A stretch of 64,000 nucleotides of DNA from positions 43,675 through 107,674 of the forward strand of contig CAZOVG010000006.1 in the NCBI GenBank assembly GCA_964583335.1. Reading direction: 5' to 3'. The notes beneath the pieces are model-generated. The model had not been told where the DNA came from. It did not search any database and saw nothing but the letters and a program-made list of their open reading frames with translations. Positions 25,841-34,161 of this stretch are shown one piece after another. Positions within the stretch are counted from its first letter, which is position 1. Each line of letters starts with the position of its first letter. Source of the DNA: an uncultured Pseudobdellovibrionaceae bacterium (lineage in GTDB: Bacteria > Pseudomonadota > Alphaproteobacteria > Micavibrionales > Micavibrionaceae). The position numbers were made by a program, and so were the translations under genes.

Positions 25841-27048
25841 GGTTGTTCAGTTTCCGTTGAATTCGATATTTGCAGCAGCCGCGAGAGTTCGGAACGCATA
25901 AGCCGCAACCAGGGGGACAACGCCGTTTCCGCAGAGCCGCAATCTGTCCACCCGATAGGCCAGCCCATCAGCGCCTCCACGAACAGCGGGTTCAAGGTCA
26001 GGCCGTGCGCGCAAGAACCTTTCCCATCCACATCTGTCCGAGGGGCCTGGCGGGAAAGCAGACCGTTCGTCGGCACATTCGTTTCCTTGAGTGTTCCATC
26101 CTTCCAGTCTCGCGCCGTGGGCGTTGCCCATTGGCGCATGATCTCCGTGCGGTTGAGGCCGCTCGATCTCTCGCCGCTGCAGGCCCGCGGTGTCGTCCAT
26201 TGAATTTTCGCTGGGCGGTATGGCTGGCTGTCTTGCGCCAGCATCAAATCCTGCTTCGTATAGGGAAAATCTTTCGGCTGCATCACCGTTTCCGCCAGCG
26301 AGGGCGTGCGCAGCACGTTTCGGCCATCCTTGCGGATCATCTTCTCCGGCGACCGTGCGCGCGTGACATGAGCATCCGTCGCTGTCGCGGTAGGCCAGGA
26401 TGAAAAGCCGTTCGCGCTTATGGGGCGCGCCGATTTCTTCCGCTGTAAACAAGCCCGCCTTAACGCGGTAACCCATTGATCGAAGGTCATCGTGGACTTG
26501 TTCGAAGCCCAATCGTAAATGACCGCCGACGTTTTCAAAGAAACAAACGGTGGGTTCAACCTCGCGCACGATGCGGGCGATGTGTGGCCAGAGATGGCGC
26601 GGGTCTTTATCGCCGAGCTTTCGTCCGGCGATGGAAAATGGCTGGCACGGATAGCCGCCATGGATGATATCCACGAGGCCGCGCCACGGTCTGCCGTCGA
26701 AGGTGGCAACGTCGTCCCAGACAGGCGCGCTATCCAAGGCCGCGTTTTCCATCCGCGCCACGAGCGTCGCTGCCGCGTAGGCTTCCCGCTCGACGTAACC
26801 CACAGTTCGATATCCTGGGACGGCGATATGGAGTCCGAGGTCAAGACCTCCGGCTCCGGCGCAGAGGGATAATCCGAACAGGCTTCGTTCGTCTCCGCCG
26901 TCAATCGGCCATGCGTGATCGCATCCGGCGGCAGATAGAGCCAAACCATCCAAATAAAAACTCCGTTTTTTCTTAATCGTGGTCGAGGATAAAGCAGGCG
27001 ATATGTCGGCCTGTGCCTTTGCCTTGCGATCCGTCCTCGGTTGCGCAC
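25828..27048 (-). CDS. Alternative +1-frame ORF overprinted on the C5-methyltransferase gene (status unresolved; plausible functional part 25828..26490)
   Basis: A 406-codon open frame on the same strand. Its distal half contains WPTATATD, WTTPRACSGE, WATPTARDWKDG and LNPLFVEALMGWPIGWTD, which are motifs of another phage C5-MTase C-terminal class (from memory). Confidence 0.3.
   Translation of the reverse strand: MRNRGRIARQRHRPTYRLLYPRPRLRKNGVFIWMVWLYLPPDAITHGRLTAETNEACSDYPSAPEPEVLTSDSISPSQDIELWVTSSGKPTRQRRSWRGWKTRPWIARLSGTTLPPSTADRGAASWISSMAAIRASHFPSPDESSAIKTRAISGHTSPASCARLNPPFVSLKTSAVIYDWASNKSTMTFDQWVTALRRACLQRKKSARPISANGFSSWPTATATDAHVTRARSPEKMIRKDGRNVLRTPSLAETVMQPKDFPYTKQDLMLAQDSQPYRPAKIQWTTPRACSGERSSGLNRTEIMRQWATPTARDWKDGTLKETNVPTNGLLSRQAPRTDVDGKGSCAHGLTLNPLFVEALMGWPIGWTDCGSAETALSPWLRLMRSELSRLLQISNSTETEQPCLI
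25847..26953 (-). CDS. DNA (cytosine-5)-methyltransferase
   Basis: Motifs LCAGAGG (I), GGYPCQPFS (IV), ENV (V), RERLFILA (VIII) and RLRLCGNGVVP (X) are all present. The start is uncertain. A TTG at 26953 with GGAG 7 nt upstream avoids overlap with the upstream gene; the only in-frame ATG is at 27064. Confidence 0.85.
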   Translation of the reverse strand: MDGLALSAAGCDHAWPIDGGDERSLFGLSLCAGAGGLDLGLHIAVPGYRTVGYVEREAYAAATLVARMENAALDSAPVWDDVATFDGRPWRGLVDIIHGGYPCQPFSIAGRKLGDKDPRHLWPHIARIVREVEPTVCFFENVGGHLRLGFEQVHDDLRSMGYRVKAGLFTAEEIGAPHKRERLFILAYRDSDGCSCHARTVAGEDDPQGWPKRAAHALAGGNGDAAERFSLYEAGFDAGARQPAIPPSENSMDDTAGLQRREIERPQPHGDHAPMGNAHGARLEGWNTQGNECADERSAFPPGPSDRCGWERFLRARPDLEPAVRGGADGLAYRVDRLRLCGNGVVPLVAAYAFRTLAAAANIEFNGN

Positions 27049-27401
27049 CAGCGCACGTCACCAAGGTTTCTGACTTTCGCGCCCGCCGCCAGCAGCATCA
27101 AAACCCACTTGTCGATGGGGTAAACCATCACGACGCGCTTTCCTTTTTGAAACTCCGCGATGGATTTTCTTGCCCAGGCGGTCGGGCCTTTCTTTTTTCC
27201 GTCGTGCATGACGGAGCCGAAGGGCGGGTTCACATAGTTTGACTCGCCCCATTCCGCATCCAGCCCGTCAAAACCATCGGGGCGCGGAAACGGACACGGG
27301 TCGAAAGTGAATTTGAATTCCGCGTTGAGCTTTTCCATCAGGGCTGGCGGCGTCAGCCAGTAATGTTTTCCGTCGCCGCCGTTGCCTTGTTCAAAACCCA
27401 T
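26973..27401 (-). CDS. Phage Dam-type N6-adenine DNA methyltransferase (Dam_N6_MTase family)
   Basis: ORF trimmed to the ATG at 27401. HYWLTPPALMEKLNAEFKFTFDPCP and the NPPF motif (YVNPPFG) are present. Confidence 0.8.
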   Translation of the reverse strand: MGFEQGNGGDGKHYWLTPPALMEKLNAEFKFTFDPCPFPRPDGFDGLDAEWGESNYVNPPFGSVMHDGKKKGPTAWARKSIAEFQKGKRVVMVYPIDKWVLMLLAAGAKVRNLGDVRWCATEDGSQGKGTGRHIACFILDHD

Positions 27402-27652
27402 GCCTGTCAATCGTTCGCGTGTTGTAACTTGTAACCGCCCTGTAACCCGTTTCGCGGGGCAGACGCTAGAAAAGCAAAACGCCTCGCCCTCCCGCATTGG
27501 CTTTCGGCCAGGAAGGACCCAAGATTTCAAATGGTTAGAGGGGGCATCGCTTTGTGCAGCGGTTTTGTACCCGCACGTCCCGCGATGATAGGTTACATCC
27601 TGCCAGAAAATGTTGCGTCTGTCTCATGCATAAGTGTTGCAACAACTTTCCG

Positions 27653-28033
27653 TCAATTCTTCTTGCTGTTAAGGCGCACGCTGATCTTGGTCAACGCGAT
27701 CACCCATTTGCGCCACGCGGTGGTGCGGTCGCAGCCCAGCTCCCAGCACAACGTCTTCCAGCGCACGCGCGCGGCACGCTTCCACACCAGCTTGCGTTCC
27801 TCAACCTCCAGCCACGTCATCCATCCCAGCGTCTCCTCCATGCGGTCGATGGCGTCCGGCAGCGCGCGCAGACGCATCGGCAGCTTCTCCATCTGCAGGA
27901 CTTCCATGTCGGTGTATTTGATGGCAGGCCACAGGTTGAAATATCCCTGCACCTTGACGGGCGGGAGGCGGCGCAGCGTCCTGATGGATTCTTCCAGGCG
28001 GTCGGCGACCATCTTTGCTGTCCATTTTTCCAT
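27653..28033 (-). CDS. Conserved phage protein (DUF6362-like, tentative)
   Basis: ATG at 28033 overlaps the RuvC-like stop (TAATG). 126 aa and Trp/Arg-rich. Confidence 0.55.
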   Translation of the reverse strand: MEKWTAKMVADRLEESIRTLRRLPPVKVQGYFNLWPAIKYTDMEVLQMEKLPMRLRALPDAIDRMEETLGWMTWLEVEERKLVWKRAARVRWKTLCWELGCDRTTAWRKWVIALTKISVRLNSKKN

Positions 28034-28533
28034 TACGCGCCTCGCTGTTCCGTGTGCTGTTGCTTGGCCCAATAGAGGATGGCCAGGGCGTCGGCCTCGT
28101 TGTCATCCTCCGGCGTGTGGCCGCGCGCTTTGATCGCAGCGATCACGGCATCCTTGTCGGCATTGCCTTTGCCCGCGATGAAGCGTTTGATCGTGCCGAC
28201 CGGAACGCCCTCGTAGGGGATGGCATGGTGTTCGCACCAGGCCGTGAGGTGGGCGAGAAAACCGCCATAAGCATGGGCGGCGTCAACGCCGACGTGGCGG
28301 CGGACTTCCTCGAAATAGATGGCGTCGATCTGGCCGGACACGTTTTTGGTTTCCGTGAGCCAGCGTTTGAAGCGGAGGTAACGCATGCCGCCGCCCTCGA
28401 AGCGGCGCGGTTTGAATTGCGCTGTCCCGCTGGCGATCGAGCCATATTCGTTGAGCAGCGCCCATCCGGTCGAGGTTCCGAGGTCGAGGCAAAGCAAGGT
28501 GGGATTTGTGGCGGCGTGGGTCATGGGCGGCAT
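28033..28533 (-). CDS. RuvC-like Holliday junction resolvase
   Basis: LCLDLGTSTGWAL (catalytic Asp), IYFEEV and NEADALAILYWA motifs are present. Start is at 28533 or 28524. Confidence 0.8.
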   Translation of the reverse strand: MPPMTHAATNPTLLCLDLGTSTGWALLNEYGSIASGTAQFKPRRFEGGGMRYLRFKRWLTETKNVSGQIDAIYFEEVRRHVGVDAAHAYGGFLAHLTAWCEHHAIPYEGVPVGTIKRFIAGKGNADKDAVIAAIKARGHTPEDDNEADALAILYWAKQQHTEQRGA

Positions 28534-28631
28534 CCTCCGGTTCGGGGTTGGGAAATCGGGGCCGGAGAAAACGCATCCACATGCGGGCGAAACGCTTGCG
28601 GTTTCACCCACATGTAATGTGGGGAGTTTCT

Positions 28632-28811
28632 CCAGAATCTGGGGCGGCGCGTAATGCGTGAAAAAACAAAGACTTCCGTCAGATTTCTAGATTGACGACC
28701 AGATTGCGCGTCAATCTGGGAATGCGCCGCAAAGCCTTGCGAACAAAGGCTTTCAGGGCGATTGCAGATTGCGGCAGATTTCAGATTGAGGAAATCTGGG
28801 CCAGATTGACG
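28632..28811. repeat. Iteron-like array: 10 copies of [CT]AGATT[GT] (7 direct, 3 inverted), including the 11-mer CCAGATTGACG and its complement
   Basis: Direct copies are at 28680, 28688, 28700, 28765, 28775, 28782 and 28802. Inverted copies are at 28636, 28712 and 28792. CCAGATTGACG is at 28801..28811 and CGTCAATCTGG at 28709..28719. Confidence 0.8.
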
Positions 28812-28819
28812 GTGCAAAA

Positions 28820-30955
28820 TCATGCCGCTTCCTCCTCTGGATAAACCCAGATGGAGGGGTTTTCGACGGGCAGGATTGCGCCATTGCCAGGCTGCTTGAA
28901 ATGCGTTGGCAAGAGCGGACGCATATCGTTGGAAATCTCGCCCGTGTCCGGATCGACGGTTTCCTCGCCCGTGGGGACTTCCATGCCCTCGACGCACATC
29001 ACGCCGTATTTGCTCTTGGCGGCGTTATCTTTGTTGAATTTGACGTAGCCTTTCGTGGCCAGCACATCGATGCGGTCGCGGATGGAATGGTTGCCGCCCA
29101 GACCAGCCTTGTTTTCGAATGCCTGACAGAACTGGCTCGGCGTATAGAGCGCGCCCCTGCGGCCTTCATCGAACAGCAATTGCAGGATGACGTCGTGACG
29201 GCGACGGCGCTCGTTATCGAGCCGCTGCCCGTAATCCTTGTTCACAAGACGCTCGGAATGGTGATCCATCTCGCGCCAGCGCCCGTCGATTTTATCGACC
29301 CATTTGGGCGGAATGGCCTCGCCATTGCGCAGCTCGAACATGAGCTGGCGCAGGCTTTGCTGTTCATCGGGGCGGAACAGGATCATGCCCGTGGAATAGA
29401 AGCTGCGCAGGGAGCCAGCGCCGCTCAATCCCTGGAACGGATCATCCTCCAGCATTTTCTTGCTGATCTTCTTGGTATGGTGGGCAAGGATGATGCCGAG
29501 GTCAGGATTTACCAGAAAACGCAGGCGTTCCACGCGATCCTGCAAAAAAGTCAGCATGGCGGTGTTGTCGTTTTCACCTTCGCCATCATAGACGTTGCGC
29601 AAAGGGTCGATGGCGATGATGTCGAGCAGCCGTGGATCGAAATGGCGCAGGATGGCATCGCGCACCATCTCAACGCCTTTTTCATCCAGCAGCATCCGCA
29701 CCTGGGGCGTGATGATCAGGTTTTGCCGGACAAGTGGCAGGAATCTGGGATCGAAATTGATCTGCTGGAGGCGTTCGCGCAGATAGTGGTAGCCGATTTC
29801 CGCCTGAAAGAAGAAAATTTTGAGCGGCTTTGCGGGGCGCATGCCGAGAAAGGGCAGTCCTGCGGCCATATGCGCCAGCAAGGACAGCATGAAATCGGTT
29901 TTGCCGACCTTTGGCGCGCCACCCAACACCAGCAAGCCACTAGGCGTCAGCACGCGTGGGGCAATGATGTCGTCCGGCATGGGGCTGCCGTCATCGAGCA
30001 GATGCCCGACGCTGAAAGCAGGTAGCGCGGACGCTGGCGGGATGGTCATGCGCGGCGCGGAGGCCAGAAACGCAGGAACATCCATGCCATCACGCACGGC
30101 ATCGGCCACGTCCCAGCCTTCGGGCTTATCTTCGGGCGGGATCAGAATGGAGATCGATGCTACGCCGAGCGTGCGCAGCTTTCCAACAACGGCGTCGGCA
30201 TAATGCTTTCCGGCTTCGTCGTGATCAGGCCAGATCATCACATGCTTGCCGTAAAGCGGTGACCAGTCGGTTTTGTCCACGGGCGCGTTCGCACCGTTCA
30301 TGGCCGTGGTAGCGCAGATGCCGAGCGCAATCATCGCGTCGGCGCATTTTTCACCCTCGACGAGAACGATGCTGTTGGCGCTGGCAATGCCTGGCTGATT
30401 GTAAAGCGGTCTTGGCTCCGGCGCGCGGCGCTTGCGCGCTTTCACGTCCCACGGACGGAATTCTTTTCCTGACGGCGTGTCGTAGCGGTACACGCAGGCG
30501 ATCAGGTCGCCTTGTGCGTTGAGATAGTCCCATTTCGCGCTGTGCGGCCCTAAATCCTCGCTTTCCTCGGCCTTACCTTTCGGCAAGGGGCGGGCCGCAG
30601 TGCCAAGCCATTCATGGACCGCGCTGACGATGTCGGGAAAGCGATGGCGGACATCAAGGCCGTGAACAGCTCCCCAGAGCGAAAGAATGTCGCCGCCATC
30701 GCCCGTGGCGAAGTCGTGCCACATGCCGATCTTTACGCCGGACAGCTCAATGGACAGACTGTCACCCTTGTTGCCATGGACATCCCCGACGACGAATTTG
30801 CCGTTGCGGATTTTGCCATTCGGCAAAAGATGGAAAAGCACCTCGCGCAAGCGCCCATGCAGGCGCTCTTTCAGATCATCCGAGGTCAGTCGTTCTTCCG
30901 GCTTCGGGCGGGTCTGGTCGGGCGCGTCGTTGAAATCATTCCACGCTCCCGTCAT
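28820..30955 (-). CDS. Bifunctional Toprim primase / RepA-DnaB-like replicative helicase ATPase
   Basis: The start at 30955 has an ATGA overlap. WHDFATGDGGDILSL, Toprim VLVEGEKCADA and PDHDEAG, and Walker A GGAPKVGKT are present. Confidence 0.8.
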   Translation of the reverse strand: MTGAWNDFNDAPDQTRPKPEERLTSDDLKERLHGRLREVLFHLLPNGKIRNGKFVVGDVHGNKGDSLSIELSGVKIGMWHDFATGDGGDILSLWGAVHGLDVRHRFPDIVSAVHEWLGTAARPLPKGKAEESEDLGPHSAKWDYLNAQGDLIACVYRYDTPSGKEFRPWDVKARKRRAPEPRPLYNQPGIASANSIVLVEGEKCADAMIALGICATTAMNGANAPVDKTDWSPLYGKHVMIWPDHDEAGKHYADAVVGKLRTLGVASISILIPPEDKPEGWDVADAVRDGMDVPAFLASAPRMTIPPASALPAFSVGHLLDDGSPMPDDIIAPRVLTPSGLLVLGGAPKVGKTDFMLSLLAHMAAGLPFLGMRPAKPLKIFFFQAEIGYHYLRERLQQINFDPRFLPLVRQNLIITPQVRMLLDEKGVEMVRDAILRHFDPRLLDIIAIDPLRNVYDGEGENDNTAMLTFLQDRVERLRFLVNPDLGIILAHHTKKISKKMLEDDPFQGLSGAGSLRSFYSTGMILFRPDEQQSLRQLMFELRNGEAIPPKWVDKIDGRWREMDHHSERLVNKDYGQRLDNERRRRHDVILQLLFDEGRRGALYTPSQFCQAFENKAGLGGNHSIRDRIDVLATKGYVKFNKDNAAKSKYGVMCVEGMEVPTGEETVDPDTGEISNDMRPLLPTHFKQPGNGAILPVENPSIWVYPEEEAA

Positions 30956-31704
30956 GCCGTCACCTGCCAACACCGCCCGCGATAAGGGCAGAAAACGCAT
31001 TCAAAATGGTCATCGCTCATGGCGACGCGCGGTAATACTTCTCCGGCTTCTGTGGCGCGGATCAGATTGACGGCACGGTCGCTGGCTTCCTGCGCCAGAG
31101 CAGCATCGAATGGCACAAGCTCGTGATAAATCTCCGCCGTGTCCTTATTGACAGCGGTGAACAATGCTGGGTTTTTGGAAATGCCAGGGACGCTGTCTTC
31201 CATGTATGCCTGATAGGTGGCGACCTGAACGGCATAGATCGGCTTTGATTTTTTCAGGCCGTTTTTGACGGTATCGCGCCAGGATTTGGCGTTGAGCGAT
31301 TTGCATTCCCAGATGGCGGGAAAACGCATGTCAAGATCAGGCGGCGCGGCGTCGATGATGCCGTCCACATGCCCGCGAATTCTGCCGCCCGCGACGGAAA
31401 AGCCGAAAGCCTCGCCATTGGGCTTCTTCGTGAACACGGTAAATCCGGCATGTTGCAGCCATGCCAGCGCCAATGCCTCGAAGGCGTGGCCGATCTCGAA
31501 AATGCGCAGGGTTTGCCCTTTGAATTCCTCGTCTTTGGGCGTTTTCGTGTATTCGTATTGCAGAGCGCGGGCGCAGGATACGCCCAGGCGCGACGCGCCC
31601 AGATATTCTCGCTCTGGCGCTTTCGCGCGCACGGATTGGATCGCGGCATCGATATGCGCGTTGATCTGATCGGCGACCGATGGACGATGATTGAAATCGA
31701 GCAT
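30952..31704 (-). CDS. PD-(D/E)XK nuclease, Cas4/RecB-like with C-terminal Cys cluster
   Basis: GHVDGII...WECKS core, an N-terminal Cys (SCARAL) and a C-terminal CVFCPYRGRC are present. Confidence 0.7.
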   Translation of the reverse strand: MLDFNHRPSVADQINAHIDAAIQSVRAKAPEREYLGASRLGVSCARALQYEYTKTPKDEEFKGQTLRIFEIGHAFEALALAWLQHAGFTVFTKKPNGEAFGFSVAGGRIRGHVDGIIDAAPPDLDMRFPAIWECKSLNAKSWRDTVKNGLKKSKPIYAVQVATYQAYMEDSVPGISKNPALFTAVNKDTAEIYHELVPFDAALAQEASDRAVNLIRATEAGEVLPRVAMSDDHFECVFCPYRGRCWQVTA

Positions 31705-31914
31705 TTAAAATGGAATCCCTGTATCTTCATGGCGTGGCTGGCTTAACGCGAGGAACGTCTGGTAATTGCCGACGACGACTTCAATCAGCGTCATGACTTC
31801 GGCGCGGGTGTATTCGGCCAAGGGTTTGTGCATCCCGATCTCGGCCACAACCTCGCCAAGCGGCTGGAGCGTGCGTTCCATACATTGTTTTTCGATGTCG
31901 GTTGCGTCGATCAT
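31705..31914 (-). CDS. Small hypothetical protein (69 aa)
   Basis: Tightly coupled to both neighbours: ATGA with the helicase stop, and its stop abuts the nuclease ATG. Confidence 0.5.
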   Translation of the reverse strand: MIDATDIEKQCMERTLQPLGEVVAEIGMHKPLAEYTRAEVMTLIEVVVGNYQTFLALSQPRHEDTGIPF

Positions 31915-33572
31915 GAAGCACCTCGCGCGGATTGAATGGCGCGGTGGATGCCATCGCGGTTGAAACGCATGGTCATCAACGCCGACGCCTTGTAACGGGT
32001 CATGCCGAAGTCGTTGCGATGGTCGGGCAGATACTGAAGCTGTTTGTCCGTGGCAGGCTGATGCACCCAGGAGCGCGTTTTGTGTGCCGTTTCATCTGTT
32101 TCGTTGACGTTGAGCCAGTCATCGGCAGCGGCAAAGCAGACGATACGTTCCCCGACCGCCAGCAATTTGGGCGCATGGTTTTTCTTGCCGCCCACGGCGT
32201 GCCATTCGCCATCCTTGAAGAACACGCCGCCCCAGGCATTGAAGCCCGTTGCCAGGAAGTAGCGGTCGTTCTGCTGCAAATCGACCCACAGGAAGCTGGA
32301 TCGCTTGAGCAGATCGATCTCGGCCATGACGAAACCGTTTTCCGCCAGTTCTTTCGCGGCGGCCTGCGCCTTCCATTCGTAGCCGCACAAGGGGCATTCT
32401 TTGACGGCGGCAGGAACCTCCGCGCCGCATTCCGGACATTCCTTGGTGGGTGCATCGCCGACGCCGATCTGGTCGTCGAGATTGACATCCTGCTCCAACG
32501 ATCCGTGCAACAGCGTGGACGTGCCGAAATCGAGGACGATGCAGTCTTTTTTGATGATGTCGGGATATTCAGCCGGATCAATGGTGCGCAGACCGCGACC
32601 GATCATCTGGATCATTGTGGATTTATAAGAGCTGGGGCGCAACAACACGACGCAAGAGGTCGGCGGGTGATCCCAGCCTTCCGTCAACACAGCGACGTTG
32701 ACGATAACTTGGGCTTCGCCATCCGTGTATTCCGATAAAACAGCGTTACGCTCGGCATCCGTCATCTGGCCGTGGACAAATACGGTGGGGATGCCCGCGC
32801 CATTGAAGCTCTTCGCCACATCCTCGGCGTGCTGGACAGTTGAGCAGAACACGACGGTTTTACGGTCTCCGGCCTTTTGATGCCAATGCTTGACCACGGC
32901 GTCGTTGATGGGGCGCGTATTCATGATCGCCGACACGGCACCCATGTCGAAATCGCTGGCGGTCTTTTTCACCTGGCGCAGTTCGTCCTGCACGCCTACG
33001 TCCATGACAAAGGTGCGCGGCGGCACAAGGTGGCCGGAGGCGATCAACTCCCTGACCGTGATCTGGTCGGAGACGTTCGAGAAAACCGGACGCAAGCCTT
33101 TCTTGTCGCCGCGATTGGGCGTGGCGGTCATACCCAGCAATTTCACGCCAGCGTTGGCTTGTTTAACGCGCTCAATCACGCGCATGTAACTGTCCGCGCG
33201 GGCATGGTGCGCCTCGTCGATCACCAGAATGTCCATCGGCGGCATGGCCGACAGGTTGTTCTCGCGCGAGAGCGTCTGCACCATGGCGAACGTGACTTCG
33301 CCGTTCCACGATTTGAACGAGGCGTCGAATACGCTGGTCGAGAGATCGGGGTTGACGCGCTTGAACTTATCCTCGTTCTGGAACGTCAGCTCATCGCGGT
33401 GCGCCAGCACGCAGGCTTTGCCTGGCTTGTGCTTGAACATTTCGCCGATGATCGCGGACAGCATGATCGTCTTGCCCGCTCCGGTGGGCGCGACGGCCAG
33501 CGTATTGCCGTGCTTGTTCAGCGCGTCGACGGTGCGCGTGACCAGCTCTTTTTGTCTTGGCCTCAGCAACAT
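31911..33572 (-). CDS. DEAD/DEAH-box superfamily-2 helicase with zinc ribbon
   Basis: Motif I APTGAGKT, motif II VIDEAHH and motif VI QMIGRGLR are present. The zinc ribbon is CPECG...CPLCG. Confidence 0.85.
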   Translation of the reverse strand: MLLRPRQKELVTRTVDALNKHGNTLAVAPTGAGKTIMLSAIIGEMFKHKPGKACVLAHRDELTFQNEDKFKRVNPDLSTSVFDASFKSWNGEVTFAMVQTLSRENNLSAMPPMDILVIDEAHHARADSYMRVIERVKQANAGVKLLGMTATPNRGDKKGLRPVFSNVSDQITVRELIASGHLVPPRTFVMDVGVQDELRQVKKTASDFDMGAVSAIMNTRPINDAVVKHWHQKAGDRKTVVFCSTVQHAEDVAKSFNGAGIPTVFVHGQMTDAERNAVLSEYTDGEAQVIVNVAVLTEGWDHPPTSCVVLLRPSSYKSTMIQMIGRGLRTIDPAEYPDIIKKDCIVLDFGTSTLLHGSLEQDVNLDDQIGVGDAPTKECPECGAEVPAAVKECPLCGYEWKAQAAAKELAENGFVMAEIDLLKRSSFLWVDLQQNDRYFLATGFNAWGGVFFKDGEWHAVGGKKNHAPKLLAVGERIVCFAAADDWLNVNETDETAHKTRSWVHQPATDKQLQYLPDHRNDFGMTRYKASALMTMRFNRDGIHRAIQSARGAS

Positions 33573-33580
33573 GCTTCACC

Positions 33581-34159
33581 TCATCGCGCCCAGGAAGGAA
33601 GATTGGCGGCAGGAGCCGATGCCGTGGCGGGCGGGGTTTGCGCCGCAGGCGGTGTGGAACCGCCGCCGCCTTTGCCAGCGTCCTTGGAATCCTTGGTGAC
33701 CGCCGTCTTGATGACGTTCTTGTCCTCGCCGTGTTGGTTTTTCTCGACGTCGATGCGGGCGGTAAATTCGATACCGTCCAGATCGCCGATACCGTTGATG
33801 CGGCGGGCTTGCATGGCCTGCGGGCTATCATCCTTGGCGGAAAACCCACGGGCAGAGTTGAGGATGCCCTTGATGAAGGAGCGTCCCATGTTGGCGTAGG
33901 TCGGGCCTTTCGGGCTGTGCAGGCCGATCAGGCTCCAAACCTTGCGCCGTGCAAACGGCCCTTCGGTGACGACGAATTCGCAGTTGAGATAAACTGCGCC
34001 GCTATCGCCGAGCGTGGCGTAGCCGCCCGTCCAACCTTGATCGGGATCATTGTAGCCGCCAGGCTTGATCGACATGCGCACGCGGGCGATAGTGCCTTTG
34101 GGAATGACGTCGAAAGACTGTTGATCTTCGGCGCTGCTGAAATCTTTCCATACGGACAT
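33581..34159 (-). CDS. DUF669-like phage protein (ssDNA-binding partner of Sak4-type ATPases)
   Basis: FDVIPKGTIARVRMSIK at the N-terminus and a Gly/Pro/Ala-rich acidic tail. It lies downstream of the AAA_24-type ATPase. Confidence 0.6.
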   Translation of the reverse strand: MSVWKDFSSAEDQQSFDVIPKGTIARVRMSIKPGGYNDPDQGWTGGYATLGDSGAVYLNCEFVVTEGPFARRKVWSLIGLHSPKGPTYANMGRSFIKGILNSARGFSAKDDSPQAMQARRINGIGDLDGIEFTARIDVEKNQHGEDKNVIKTAVTKDSKDAGKGGGGSTPPAAQTPPATASAPAANLPSWAR

Positions 34160-34161
34160 GG

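Noticed and set aside
28632-28811. Possible CRISPR array
   Set aside because: The repeat units are only 7-11 bp, irregularly spaced and present in both orientations. There are no 25-40 bp repeat/spacer units and no cas genes, so I interpret it as iterons or operators instead.
28901-30025. 374-aa + strand ORF (and the similar 32877..33899, 340 aa)
   Set aside because: They are antisense to the primase-helicase and DEAH helicase genes, which carry unambiguous Walker and Toprim motifs. These are typical GC-rich shadow ORFs.
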